From the NCBI GenBank assembly GCA_964106645.2, contig OZ067043.1: a DNA stretch of 64,000 nt; one strand, written 5' to 3'. Source of the stretch: Podarcis pityusensis. Lineage: Eukaryota. Under the pieces are notes generated by a model. The model was not told the origin of the DNA. It saw nothing but the letters and a program-made list of their open reading frames with translations, and made no database searches. The position numbers and the translations under genes are program-made. Below, piece after piece: positions 1 to 13,855 of the stretch (the stretch's first letter is position 1; each line of letters starts with the position of its first letter).

Positions 1-223
1 AGTTTGAGGGAATTTTCACTGAGGGGGAAGAGAAAGTAGAGCTTCCTTTCTGCACCTCAGAGGGTCACGGGCAGTTTCGCACCCTTCTTTCGATACGGTT
101 CCCTTCTCGGTTTTCTTGTCGCCCTGCTGCCCTGGGAACAGGGAAAATGGAAAATGGAGAAGGAAGCGGGCGCGGGGAAGAGATTTCGGAGCAAACATAT
201 GAGAGCCAAACACTTTTAAAGCA

Positions 224-261
224 GAAAGAAAGGAAAGAAAGAAAGAAAGAAAGAAAGAAAG
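224..261. repeat. (GAAA)n microsatellite
   Basis: Read directly from the sequence. Confidence 0.95.
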
Positions 262-1751
262 ACCCCTCTGGCATATGGGGAAGGGGTTTATCTGGTCATT
301 TTTATTTATTTAGTTAACAGTTTTCCAGTTCCCTTTGGCCTGGGTCGCTGCGAGTTGATCCCACGCCCCGCAAAGTCGACTGAATTGTTCGGAGGCGCGT
401 GAAGACGGTGAAGAATGGCGGACGGAGTTGGGTTTGCATTTCTCCGTCTTGTGCGCGCGCGCCTGCGCCCTCCCCCCTCAGTCCCCGCCAGACCCTCGGA
501 AGTTCAACTTCGGAGGCTTCCCTGCGCCGCCGTCCCCCCTCACAACTGCCTCCTTCGCCTTCTTCTTCTTCTTCTTCCTCCTCCTCCACTTGGAGAGCCG
601 CACTTGCTGCTCGGCTCTCGCACCCGCCCAGTGTGTGTGGTGGTGGCGGTGGCCCTCCTGCGTTTTGCTATCCCGAGTCGGCGGCGCTAGGCGCGGGCAG
701 CTTTTTACGCACACAAAGGAGAAAGGGACGAGGCAGGCAGGGGGGGCGGGGAAGGCAAAAAGCCGGCGACGAAACTTTGCGCGGGTCTGCAGCTCGCCGC
801 CGCCTGCCCTGCCCAGCGCGCCGAGAGGGGAAGCCGGCCGCCAAAGCCTTCCTCCGGAACGAGCGGCGAGGCGAAGCCGCCTGCTCGTCTGCGGCGCCGC
901 GGAGGGGCTGGCGAGGAGGCCCTCTCTGCCAGTGGGCGGACAGCACCCAGTGGGGACCCCGAGATGCAGCCGAGCCTCCTGCCTCGCTGCGGGGCTGCCC
1001 CAAAGCTCCCAGCCACCGCCGGCTGAAGTGATCCAGCGCTCCCTACAGCCGCCAGATCGAGCCCAAAGCTTTTGCACGAACACCCACCCACACCCCCGCG
1101 CCGCTTCTTTCTCTTTCTCTCCCCAGCCCACCTCCCCCCATCCCTCCTCCTCTCCTCCCCAAAGCCGTGCAGCCGCAAGCAGCTCAAATGGAGTGGAAAA
1201 TGGCCAGTGGTGGCAGATCGAGCCTTTAGATTATCTCCTTCACGTTTGGTACTTAGCTGTCTCTAATCTGCTTTTATTTGCCAGAAGCCCCCCTCCCCTT
1301 CCACCAGCTCGGGCGGGTGGCGGCGGCGGCGGCGAGACACAAGAAGCGGGGTGGTGGGGAAGAGGAGAATATATATGTTCCCCCCATATTTTTGGCTGCC
1401 GCCGCTTCTATACACGATAATATGTTTATATGATTAGCTGAGCCCAGGGGTGGGGAGAAGAGAGAGAAAGAGAGGGGGTGGAGATTGGAGGAAGAGGTGG
1501 AGGCTGGAGGTGGCTCCAGTTCAGAGCTAGTGGAGAGTCCGTGTCAGGACTTCGCAATCCCCAGTCACACACTCAGAGAGAGGTGCATGGACGAAAGGGA
1601 GCTGGCAATACAATTCACTGGGATTTTTCTTTTTTTCTTTTAAGGGCGATTTCACTCGCCCCCCGCCCTCCTTTCCCTCTCTGTCTCTCTTCCTTTCTCT
1701 CCCCATTGCTTTGAGCGACCAGCTTTGCTCTTGATCTCCGTTCACGGGGCA

Positions 1752-1783
1752 GCGGCGGCGGCAGCAGCAGCAGCAGCAGCAGC
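1752..1783. repeat. (GCG)3(GCA)7 trinucleotide repeat in the CpG island
   Basis: Read directly from the sequence. Confidence 0.95.
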
Positions 1784-3067
1784 GTCGAGGAGAGAGGAGA
1801 AGCAAGGAGGAGAGGAAAAAAAGCGAAGCTTGAAGAAGGGCTGGAACTGGATCCTGCCAGAGGCCAGGATGCCATCCAGGGAGATGTAAATGAGGCCGAC
1901 GAGGACGACGGAGAGAAAGGGGGCTTTTCTTTCCGATTTCCCCTCTCGCGTGCGTGTGCCTGTGCTTTGCAATCGCAGCGCCTTCTCCCCACTTCGCCTC
2001 CCCGCCGAACAATTGAGTTGATTCCGGCTGCTCCTGTTGGCGTCGCCTTCTTCCCCCCCTATCCATCCCAGTCGCCTAGAGAAAAGAGAGAGGACTCCAG
2101 GGCTGGTCACATCCAAGACGGTGCTTGCACCTAGCGCTCTTTTGTTGTGGTGCTTTCAGATCGACCAAAATAATTGTTTCGATTTTGCTTTTGTTTTACC
2201 TCCCTCCTTCCTCGCTCTCCTACCCCCACCCCAAACATTTATTTAAAGGAGTGCGTGCGTGTTTTGGGGAAGGAGCCGCGCGCGTTGGGACCTGGAGTGT
2301 GTGGGGGGAAATGTTGACTTAACCTCTCGCCGAGCCCCTTCGGCTGCCTGGGCTCTTTTTTTCTTTTTGCTTGGACGGAAGGGAGACGAGCAGCCTCCTG
2401 GTGTGCGTTTTGTCCCAGCCCAGCGAGCTGCGAAGCCAGCTGCTTTCCTCGCCTTTCTTCGCTTCTTCTACCTAGCCCAGCTCTTTTTCCTTGACTTGCC
2501 CGGCGATCCTCCACCTCCTTCCCCTTCTGGCTTTTGTGTTTGCTGGCGCGCCTCCCCGGGCCAAAACATCGCCTTTAAACAACAAACAACAGCAACCGCC
2601 ACCTTGTGATCAGAAAGGGGCTCACTCTGTACCCCCTTTCCCGGGGCACCCCCAGATGCAAGAGGAAGCCCGGCCCGGCTTTGGCTGCAAACCCAAAGGT
2701 AAGCGTCTCTCTCCCTCCCTCCCTCTCGGTGTGTGCGGATTCTTCGTGGGTGAGATGCTTCTTTCCCACTTGCAGGACCTGTTCGCTTACTTCGATCGCC
2801 CCCTTTTGCAAGCCATTTGCATGCAAGGGGACTGCTTACTTCGCAGGAGAGGGGTGTGTGTGTATGTGCGTCGGGGCGGGGGGGGTGCGGGAGAAATGCA
2901 CTGTAGAGCCTCAGTCCTAACTCCCTTTTCCCGCTATGGGGAGGGAATTCCTCCAATAAATCTGTATCAAACTGTTTTCCGTCCTATGGATCCTGATAAA
3001 CCGCCCCCCCCAAAAAATTCTTCCATCACCTGGAAGAAAGAGAGCTGTGCGCGCCGCATAAACCAAA

Positions 3068-3093
3068 GTGTGTGTGTGTGTGTGTGTGTGTGT
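3068..3093. repeat. (GT)n microsatellite
   Basis: Read directly from the sequence. Confidence 0.95.
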
Positions 3094-5003
3094 AAATGAA
3101 TGTATATGGGAAGGGAGAGGCATGGGGTGGTCAACGCTCAGGCATGGGGAGGCTCGCGATGGTCCTTTTACTTCCTAGATCTTCCTCCCTGGGCAAAGGC
3201 AGATCGGATGAGGGTTCAACTCTGAAGCTGGGGTCTTTCCCGGGCAAGTGGAGGGTGGGAAAGAAGGTGACCTGAGAGCGTAGTCACATGTGAAGCGGCG
3301 CAGGCTCTGGGGTGGCGATCCTGGAGGGCCTTGGCCTCTTGAAGGGCTGAGAGTCCGGCTGGATAAGGAGGAGGACGACCAGAGGCAGTTTTTTCGAGGG
3401 CTGTGCGGGCCTGTGATCAGATCCAGCGAGAGCGCGCGCGAGGATTTCCCCCTTGCGCCGCGCGCAGCGGGGCGGACCTGCGCTCCTCCCGGGGATTTGG
3501 CGAGAGGTCAGTCAGTCCGCCGGGCTGTTGCAGGACACTTTCGCGCGGGGTTCCCCCTCTTCTAGCCTATCCTCCCTACCCACCCCACCCCACCGCCGGC
3601 CGCTCGCCACGCAAATCATCCGCCACGCGAAACCCCCGCGTGGCATGTAAGCTCCCTCGGGAACAACCAGCAGCTCAAATGCTGGGCGAGTGGGTGGGTG
3701 GAAGGCAGAGAAACCTCTCCCAGCTTGCTAAACTTTGCCCGATCCTCAAGAAAGACTGTTGCTCTGGTATTGATTTGACTGGCCTTCGGGTCCCCCTTAA
3801 AAAGAAATAAAGTGTGCAAGGTGGGATTGCAGCAAGTGCTCAAGCCATACTTAATACAGTACTTAACGCGAAGGACATTTTTATTGGGATTCCAGAGGAC
3901 TTTCTTTACCAGCGAGTGTGCCCAGACTTGTGGGTGTATAGTGACCTGGGACTGGAAGTGTGTTTGGGGTGGGGGTGTACACATTGTCTCCTGTTTTGCA
4001 GCTCTTATTTCTCCCATGGAAAGAAATTAGTGTGGATGTGTGGAGCGGGAGAGGGGTTTCTTTAGGAATCCTACTTCTCTTAGGGTTGGGGGGGGGGGAA
4101 ATAACCTCCAAAGAAGGCTTGCAAGTCTCTGGCTAAAAGCAAGAGCCATCTGGATCCTGTTATTGGAGCAAGCTTTTCTCTTCTTTCTTCCCTTTGCTCC
4201 AGCATTCTTTGCTATGTGTGTGACCAGCCAGGCAGCCTCCTCACTCTGGGTTCTTTTAGAGTAGAAAGCCTGGTGGCTGATTTCATTCATCTGGCTGGCT
4301 GTGTGTGTGTGTGTGTGTGTAGCAGGCCCCTACCAAGTCGTCTTCATGAATTCAAGTGGCCCGCTGAGAGGAAAAGTTGCAGCCCTTTAAGTAAATAATG
4401 ACTTGTTGCACTTTCATTTTCACTAAAGCACAAGGATGGAGGAGCAGCCTGACTAGCCCCCCCCCCCTTGCACGAGACTTGCAAATAGTAATGAATTATA
4501 ATCCTTTGCAGTTGTGGCTCTTGAGGGGAGGAAGAAAAGGAGAACCTGTGCTCCATTTTTACTTGTTAGGTATTTAGGACCACTTGGGGACAAGTGGCGT
4601 GTTGGAAGATGCTTCTGAAAAGTGTAAGCTAAAGTTGTGATTTATTGTAGCATCTTGGGGGGATCGAAGTGGGAGGAGTGTTTAGATACAGTTCTGGTAG
4701 CCCGAAAAGCCGCCTTCTCTTAGACTCAAGGTATGAGGGATTTCTTCCATAAGGTGGTGTGTGTTTGTGTGTTGGCGATACCCTGTAAAAGACTCTGGAT
4801 TTTTGCTTTGTGATTAATAATCGCCTCTTATAAATCTGGTGGTGGTGGGTTTGGGGCACAGTTGCTTTGGCAAACCGATCTTCATCTTGGGATTCAGGTG
4901 TGTGTTGTTTATCTTCCCCTTAAGAACATGTTCTTAGAGCATTCTGCAGGACAAATGTTCTGTTGTTTGGTTTCTTCAGACACTCTGATTCCCTCCCTTT
5001 TGT

Positions 5004-5168
5004 NNNNNNNNNNNNNNNNNNNNNNNNNNNNNNNNNNNNNNNNNNNNNNNNNNNNNNNNNNNNNNNNNNNNNNNNNNNNNNNNNNNNNNNNNNNNNNNNN
5101 NNNNNNNNNNNNNNNNNNNNNNNNNNNNNNNNNNNNNNNNNNNNNNNNNNNNNNNNNNNNNNNNNNNN
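5004..5168. other. Assembly gap (N run)
   Basis: Run of N. Confidence 1.
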
Positions 5169-8100
5169 AGCAGAGGCCCAAAGGGCAGTGGGGGGATTGT
5201 AAAGGGGTAAAAGGGGGAGGTGGGCTTGGGTTATGTTTCTGAACTTTTACTGTTTTGTAATTATGCCAGCGAAGAACATAGTCTGTATGCTGCAGGCTTT
5301 TGCAAACAGCCAAACAATTATATTCTATTGATTAATGGTTTGTTCTAAGGGGGGGAAAGGGTGACCTTTTTTTCCGTGGCAGCCACTGTTTCATAGTTTC
5401 TGGTGTCTCCTATCCTTTCTGTTAGTGGGATTTGCAAGGCCTTTTCTTTTGGACTCACACTTTGGATATGGCCTGCACATTATTTCATTAGGGGGCCTGA
5501 ATGGAAAAGAACTTCTAATTACTTAAAAAAAAAAAAACCCCTACAAATGAATCTTTGAAAGAAAAGACCACTCACTTGCAAACCTTTGAAGAAAGCACAC
5601 GTTTCTTCTCATACATAATACAGGAATAGCAGATCTTTTTTATTCCATAGGGTGTGTTACAGATTTTAACATTCTATTTATTTGTTATGGTTAATTTCCA
5701 AAGAATAATAAGAGAATAATTAAAATGCCTTCCTGGATATATATATTTTTTTTAAAGCCTCCAGTCAGTTTTGCATAGGTTATCTACAATCATGTGCTGT
5801 ATCTTTTGTTGCTATTGTTGTCCTCCTCAGTAGAAGTAGTGTTAATGCATATTCTTTAAATAGCTGTGGCAAGGACTGGTCCTGGCAGTGTAGTTGCAGA
5901 ATATTCATCATTGCATTTTAAGTCAGTTTATGTTGCTGCCACATTTACGTAATTTTTGATTCATTAGCTACTCCTGTTTTTTTCCCCTGTTTGCAAAGAG
6001 ATATGCCTCTTTCATTATTTTTTTAAAAATCAATATTTGTAATCTGGCAGACCAGTAGCCAAGCAGAATGCAGCACTCCTTCAGTAAATTGGGCTGCTTT
6101 CCAAACAGTAGATTGTTCAGAGGTTGTGGGGGAGCGGTGAAGTTTGGTAGGTCTCTTTTATCAAGCTAAACAAAATGAACTTTCCCAGTGTATTCTAATA
6201 CCTCTTGATTGCTCTTCTTTTTCTTCTGTAAATCATATGTATCTGTTCTACTGATATTGTAACTTTATTTCCATGGCTCAAGTGGTTAGTTTTGGGTGGG
6301 AAAAATAGGTTGTTATAGCAGGAGAATTGTTTATGCATATTAGTCTATTTTTAGTTTACTATCACTAAGAAGCTGGGCTGCTTGGAAGCCTTGAAGAAAA
6401 CAATGAATTGTGCAGGGTTTTGTTTTGTTTTTTAAAGACATTTGCTAATTTTAAATGGTTAAGAGCAGTTCAGGATTTTGTGGATGGAGATCTTTTAACA
6501 GTCCTCAAATGGGGTGTCATTACACTGAGGTGATTTTCACCAGTTTATTTACTCTTAATGCCTTCAGTTGCTTATAGCAGTACCTTTTGGTGGTATAAAT
6601 GGAACATATTGATGCAGTTGTCATTACGACACTTAAGTTACTTTTAACTAGCCTGCTTTGGACATAGAGTGCTGTAAAGAAAGTACATTACATGCTGTAA
6701 AGGAAGTACAGCCATTAGAGATAATCTAAAAATTGTCTTGGAAATGTTGCACTTCAGTTTAAATGACGGTGATCTCAAAATTCGACAAATTTCTATAAAA
6801 ATGCCACAGAAGGAAGACTCTCAGCAATTCATAAGACAAAATTGGACCACTTAGACAGAAATTAATGTGCTACAGCCGTGCTTCAGCTGCCATTTTCAAT
6901 CACAGTGGGTCACTATGTGTTGGCAACAGCAACTGAACATAGATATTCAGTTGCTCTGGCAGCTAGAGCTGGAGAAATCAGGATATTGAATCAACGTGGG
7001 GTAGCACAAACCAATTAAAGCAGGTTTTGACTTGAGATATTCCAATAAACAGTTATTTTTTTCTCTCTGCCACATTTGGCTCCCCTATTCATTAATGGAC
7101 CAACATCAAAGAAAGCAGCCAAGCTTCCAAATGTTATAAAAACCAATACAAAGATATAGATGTTGCATGTAGTCTTGGAAGTCTTAATTTAAGGCAAGCA
7201 GTTGGAGTTTTTATTGCAGCAATTTTCACAATCAGCAGAGACATTAACACCAGGCTTCTGGGTGTTTTCCTTCTTTAAAATGAGCAAGAGGAGAGCATTA
7301 AAAAAGCAAAGTTTGCTTAGCGGTTAGTCCATAATTTGAACACTTCAGAAACTGCCGCCATGTTTCATTTGTCCCTTACAGCTTTCAGTGACAACATATC
7401 AGTAAGGGAAGTTACTAAGATGGGGTAAGATCCAGTCAGGGAACCACATATAATAGTGCAATTCATACTTAAAATACTACAAACTGGCATGTCACTGTTT
7501 TCATCTGTTTTACATAGCATAATTGACACGAACAAATAAAGTAGAAGAATTTGACAGGCATAATTCCTCCCCCCCCCTTTAAGGATATATTGCACTTCCT
7601 GGTAAAAGATTTCACAAAAGTATAATTTTGGGGAAACGATATAGTTAACACTGGAACAAGTTACCTTTCAGAAGAAGGTGTGTGCATTGCAAAAGAAATT
7701 ACACAGAAATTACTGTTTTGTTTTTGTTTAAAATAGCCAACCCCGCTCCCTGGTTTTTAAAAAGCCTTTTTCCCCTTTAAACAACATGGATTTTCCATAG
7801 AAACCAGACTTTAATTGAATGTAGTGACAAATGGCTGTTTGTGGGATCTGTCTTTGTGTGTGGGGGGGTGCCCTTTTTGTTATAGTGAAGTCTCAGGAGT
7901 TGGGGGTTATTTTGTTTTGCATTTGGATGTCTGCAAGATGGCAGTTAAAAATAAGTTACTAAAACTGCTAATGACTTTTCCAAATGAAAGATAGGAAGCA
8001 ATAGTTAAACCCAACTGTAATTTTTAATTCGTGCGTAGGAGCAGAAACAAGTCCGTTATTTTTCATAGGAAATTTAGCGGAATTATCATTAGTCATGCTA

Positions 8101-9455
8101 CTTATACATGTCACATTACACAGAACTGTTTTCTATTCTTATTTTGAAGATTTGATGCTACATGTTTGAAGAGAGAGGCTTTTCAGTTTCCCAGGAGCAC
8201 ATGTGCACTCTTAAACATAGCATGCTTAATTTTTTTCAGATTGTTGGAAAATAGGATAAATGTCATTATAATGGAACTTCCAAGCAGATGGAGCTGATGA
8301 TGTTTGGGAGTTAATAAGAAGAGTTCATTCTGTTATCTCTTCTTGATCAGTTAAAATATTAGTTCATTTCCTTTCTGAAGAATTCTCCTACATAAACATT
8401 GTCTGTCGAAGCTGATCATTTTTATATCAGTTTAGTTACATGGCAATTCATTGCTTCCTATCATTATTTTTATTTTTAGTGGTGACTGCTGAAGTTCTCT
8501 CCCTCTCTCTATTACTCACACACCACACACACACACATTCCTTAACAAGTACTAAAAGATAAGCGACAACCTGATGCACTTAAACCTATCAGTTGAGTCT
8601 TTTAAGGAAAAACATTGTTGATCAGACTCTGAAATTATAGTGCAGGCAAGGTTGTGGCTCATTATCTTAAACGGAGCATTTTATGGGTCAAAGAAGCAAT
8701 ATATAATTTGCATGTGCTATTATTTTTCCTCCCTTGTGGTATTTGTCAGGCGTTAAATGCTTCCAACTGTACAGAAGCCTGTTATTTTCCTCCCTAAATT
8801 TTATTCAGAAAGGCACACTAGTCAAGAACATTGTAGTCTTGACTAAAAGTAAACACAGGGTCTGACACCTGCAGATAAAAGTGCAGCCTGCTGCAAAATA
8901 AATAAATATATAAAATGAATGTTATTGATTGTTTTGGCAGCACAAGCCAAACTTAAATACAATTTGTTTAATTACAACAAAAATGAAGTTTTATGAAGTA
9001 GTATACTTCATCTTTGTAGAAGATTTTATGTGTTGTGCGCTGGTAAGTAAAATCCCACCACGCTTGTATAATTTTGCTCAATTATCAGAGCAGCTAAGAG
9101 GGAAAATCAATTATACTGAAAAACCACAGAAATGAGATTACCTTGTTAAGTAGCATCTTGCCAGCAATGTATGAATTCCCTAGCATTATCAAAAGTGGCC
9201 ATATAGAGGCTGCAGACCTGTGCCCACTTACATGAGAGTTAGCCTCATTGTGAGCACAGTAGGATTTACTTCTAAGTCAACATACATAGGATTGTGCTCT
9301 TAATGCACCAAGAATATAGTGTAATCTATATGCAATAGCATGTAATTTTGCCACATTTTTCTACTGTAGGTGGTTGTTGCTTTTCTCTGTGCAGGAGCGC
9401 AAGTGGATAAGTCAACTAATAGAGCATTAACTTTCCAAAAGAAATGGAATATATG

Positions 9456-9557
9456 CTACAATCCTATACACTCTGACAGGTAAGCCCCATTGAACTCAGT
9501 AGGGCTTGCTTCTGCGTAAATGTATATATTTGTCATAGACGTGTATAGGATTGCACT
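9456..9557. mobile_element. Short (~100 bp) palindromic repeat element; related copies at ~9208-9298, ~14060-14108, ~22423-22490 and ~62879-62920
   Basis: CAATCCTATACAC...GTAAGCCCCATTGAACTCAGTAGGGCTTGC...GTGTATAGGATTG inverted termini; the motif recurs several times in the window. Confidence 0.6.
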
Positions 9558-12500
9558 GAGTATGGAAAATGGTCACGCCAGCCATTTTTTGTTTTTTACC
9601 TGCATATCTTCCTTGATTTTGTAATGGAAAAAAATATGAAAACCTCAGTAGGTGTTTCAAGCAAGATTGAAGACCAAATATAGTAAAGTACATTACTTTG
9701 TAGGGTGACAGTAATAGCATCCATTTCATGTCTCCAGTGTAGAAGAACTCACTTAAGATACAATTGTTCGCCTTTTAAAAAATAAAATATATGATGATGT
9801 GTTAGAGATATTTTTCTGTTTTTAAAATGATTGCATATTTCTGTAGGCTCTCTGTGTTGTAATACTGTAGTTTGAAAACATTGCCTCTGCCTTTTGTACA
9901 GAAAGCTAGAATTTGTCTTTTTTATTTGTTGAACATCTGCCTCTGTGTAGTTTCCTGATGCACACACAGTCTTGCTACTCTGAGTCTCTAAAACCGCCAG
10001 CTACAAGGGGCAGGCAACATAACAGTTTAAAACCGGTGGGCCATTTGTAGGTCACCAAGTCATCATGCTAGAATTTCTGAATAAAGTGACTGAAAGGGGG
10101 AAGACAAATGCCACTTTGAATGGAGATGTTTAAACCAGACCTCTGCCTCAGGGTAAAATTTAGGTATGTTTTAGCCCGGATGTAATGTCTCCCTCTACAG
10201 AGCACAGAATTAATCATGGCCTGACAACAGAACGTGTGCTGAGGGAGAAAAGGGGACCTCTTGTTGGCTAACAGCCTAGAATGAGAACCTTATAAACATT
10301 AAAATATACTTGGGCATTTAAATGATTGCTTGTTGGTTCTGAATTGCGTTTGCTCTGGACAGCTTATTTAAGCACATTTTGCAGTTGGTACAAACCTGGG
10401 TAGTGAAACACACACAGACACACACTGTGTCAAATACGATGCGTGAATTGTGACTTTTCCCTGTGTGAAATATTTGACACTGATCATAGGAAATGGATCC
10501 AGCCTCCCCACTGTAAGTATTACAGTGTTTTTGAAGAAAGGGAAAGCCATCAATTAGACATGCATGCGGCCTCGGAAGAAACAATGCTCGTTTTTTGTTA
10601 TTTTGTATTTGGGTACATGGATACAAAAGGAAGCGAAGTTCTAATTTTTAAAGACATAATGCAGCTAAATGTTTTTGTAACCTCTTTTTAGTAGCTACAT
10701 ATAGCACTTATAGTGTACAAAACACTTTACAATGTTACTTATTTTTGCAAGAGGCAAGGAGATGTACAAGAAACTACATCTCCTTGTACTGTAGTTTCCA
10801 TGTTTTGCCCACAATTGCCAGTTTTTATTTTAAAAAGAGAATTAATTTGAGTTATAATTCCAGTATATCAAGCAGATTCTCATTCTGCTTGACTAGTGTT
10901 TATGGTAAAGGGATACTTTTTGCATGCTTTACATTATTTTCTAATTATATATAAATGTTTTTGTCCGTTTCAAGAATTGTTCTAGGAGATTTTGGGGGAT
11001 AAATGGCGTAGAACTGCTGCAGGATACTCCAGCAACTGAGGCTTGCTATCTCTTGCTTCATTTTGTGTGAATGAGAAGGAGTAGTAAACACTGTCAGATG
11101 CTGCTTTTCTCAAAACAGTAAGGCCGAAGGACAGTAATACATGGTTTGAATATAAATACTGGTTCTAAACTCCAATATTTTAAATATTTTTGGCCATGTT
11201 CAGGAGAGAAATGCTTGGCATTTGGATGTCGAAACTAGGAAATGATTCTAAGCCAAGGGGAACACATTCTGCTATTTTGATACTGGATTCACGTTTTTGT
11301 GGGTTCTAAAATATGTTATTTTGAATAAAAAAAATACTGAGCACTATGTTTATGCTGTTGTCATTACCTATATTGCTTGAGTTGCAAAAGTTTTGAATAA
11401 GATCTATTGTGCAAATCAGTGTATTTCAGAAATAATATCCTAAGTGGGTATAGGATAGCAAACTTAGTTGTCTGCATGTTCTTAGTTTGGAGAATACATA
11501 ATAACAATTTTGAGCCATCAGTTATGCGTTACCAGTTGATACTTTATTTTTTACCATTTGATTTGTTCCCTTGATGCAAAATTCATCCCCATATTTAAAT
11601 AGGTGCTTTTATTCTTTCTTTTAACCGTGTGTTGCGTCTGCTGTAGATTTTTTTTCATATGAGTCAACACCTCGGAATGATTATTGCTCTGCTTCTAGAC
11701 GGCGGAATACTTTCACTTCCATTACTGCCAAAATTGTTCTTTGCTGCTGGGGAAATGGATGACTGTTTTTTTTTTAAAAAAAGAATTCTGAGATTTCTAC
11801 TTAGTTGCTGATAAGGTATATGGAGAGTTGAAACTGGGATGAAACTTTGGCTTGATGGGAGCAAGGTTTAATTGGAAACAGGCCTCCCTCTGGGCTAAGC
11901 CCAGCAACTAAGACCTCTAGGACACGGCCCTAGGCCCTAGTGCTTTTGAAGAGGAGCAGTGTTCATAGTTTCCCCCCTCTAAATAATCATAGCTCACCCC
12001 ACACTTCTGGCAATAGGCCATAGGACTACCAGACATAGGGTGTCTTTCAGGAAGCCCCAGGTCCCAGAAGTCCCTTTGTTTTGCTTTTCCAAATTAATCA
12101 CCTGAGCATGTAGCACAAAAGAAGAAACAGCCAGCACATTTCCCACTGGCATGCCAACAATTTCTGTCATCTCCTTCCACCCATGGACAGTGCATACCAT
12201 AAGAACTTGTACATGTGTGAGAGATTAAGACAGAGAAGGCAACTCTGCCAAACTTGTTCAGCTCTTGCCTCTTTCCATTTAAAATATTGCTGGGTGGCAT
12301 CTTCTTTGGCAAGCTCATGAGCCGGATTTCATGATGGAACATGATTGTTGACGTGAGTCAGCCATTGTTTTTGCCGTGTCATAGCTTAATGCAAAATTCC
12401 TTCCCTCCTTTCTTTGGCCAGGAGAGCATGAAAGGACCTTGCAGCCACACTGCAAGTTAACGACCCAGACTCTCTTTGATCTGGGTAAATAAAATGGGTC

Positions 12501-13667
12501 CCCAAACAACCCCCCCCCCACTCCTTGCAAGAGGTATTTCTGTTCCAGTATGTGTAGTCTGGAGGGCTCAGCTATAATTGTGATTGCGTTTAGCTGCTTG
12601 CGTTTAGCTGCTGATGAAATATTCCTTGCTGACTGACAAGACCTGATTCGCTTTGTGCTGAGTGCAGGTGCATATTTGGACTAGACCGTTGTCTTTTGAA
12701 ATCAGTGTAGCTATATTAGCATACGTGGATGGAATAACTGGGTTCTAGTTTTGTCATGTGTACTTACTGAATATGAGCTTGCTTAGCTTCAGAAAGGAAA
12801 GGTTGGAAGTAAACTCTTGTTGATAGACAACAGGAAAGGAGAGGGGAGGAAATCAGAGTTATTACAGAGGGACTCGCCCTTTCTGTTTTTTGCTTAGATT
12901 TGCAAAGAAACAGTGAAATAGTCTGATTTCTCTCTCTCTAAAGAAATTTTATTAAATGTATTTATTTGTGTAGATTGGATGTTGTGTTCCTTCTCTCAGC
13001 ACTCACTGTGCCTGAAGCCTTCAAGGCCACATCGTTTGAAGATTACTAAACAGGACCTGCTGATGACAGGCTATGGATTTGGCCACTAGAGGCTTTCCTG
13101 TAACAGAGAAGAGTTGCCTATATGCTTGTGTTACATGCTTTTGAAAGCTCATTCAGAAAAGCATCGTGATTTCTCGATCCTTTCCTGGTCTGCTTTAACA
13201 ATTTTGCCTTTAAATATTCCTTTCAGTTATTTCTCATCAATTTTTAAAAAACGTACATTGGTTATCATTTTTACCAGTGCTATCGTCATTTATTAGAAAC
13301 AGCATTTTGGTCTGCATGCTGCACTTCATTTCCTCCCCGGGTGGCAAAGGCCGTATTGTCATAATCTGTGTTGGATTTTCGCCCCTAACCTTGTAGTTCA
13401 TGAATTCATCCCTACCCCGGAGGGCAAAATATATAGGTTTTATATATTAGTAATTGAATTTCTGAAAGGGACTTGCCTGGTTTATAGAGGAATTTTATGA
13501 CAACCCAGAGAAATTGAGCTTGGACATCGAAATCAACCTTGGGTTCATTTTATATTAGACCACAAAGCCTTTCTTGTTTGTAGGAGTGACCTAACAAATG
13601 GTTAAGGTAAAAAGTAGAAAACTGGTGCCACTCCAGCTTCACAAATGCTGATGTTACGTAGCAACCT

Positions 13668-13855
13668 AAGGAGCTTCTTCTATACCAGTTCAGACCATTG
13701 GTTCATCTACCTCAGCATTGTCTCCACTGACTCCCAGTGGCTCTCTAGGGTTTTGGACTGTGGTTTCTCTCAACCTTGTCTGGATATAATACTAGGGATT
13801 GAACCTTGGAACCTTCTTTATTAAAACCAGATACTCTTCTGCTGTTTTACAGCCC
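13668..13855 (-). mobile_element. Squam2-like tRNA SINE
   Basis: CAGACCATTGGTTCATCTACCTCAGCATTGTCT body, reversed B-box GGGATTGAACC and terminal TACAGCCC; ~190 bp. Confidence 0.7.

Larger units (their letters stand above)
300..3700 (+). promoter_or_regulatory. ADGRL2: CpG island / probable promoter and non-coding first-exon region of ADGRL2
   Basis: GC-rich and CpG-dense, unlike the AT-rich, CpG-depleted remainder, with GC boxes, GGC/CAG tracts and candidate splice donors at 1886 and 2699. The acceptor-flanked ATG exon at 50411 requires an upstream exon. Confidence 0.8.

Noticed and set aside
314-1420. Long overlapping ORFs (210, 330, 217 and 160 aa) in the CpG island
   Set aside because: They are open on several frames and both strands because GC-rich DNA lacks stop codons. 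The products are low-complexity Pro/Arg/Ser/Gly sequences with no recognisable domain, and most starts are not ATG.
1527-3810. Further CpG-island ORFs with poly-Ala/Cys/Leu tracts
   Set aside because: These are translations of CAG, GT and GA repeats and GC-rich leader sequence, with no homology evident.
4862-5313. ORFs spanning N runs (also 43130-43474)
   Set aside because: They are artefacts of the assembly gaps.
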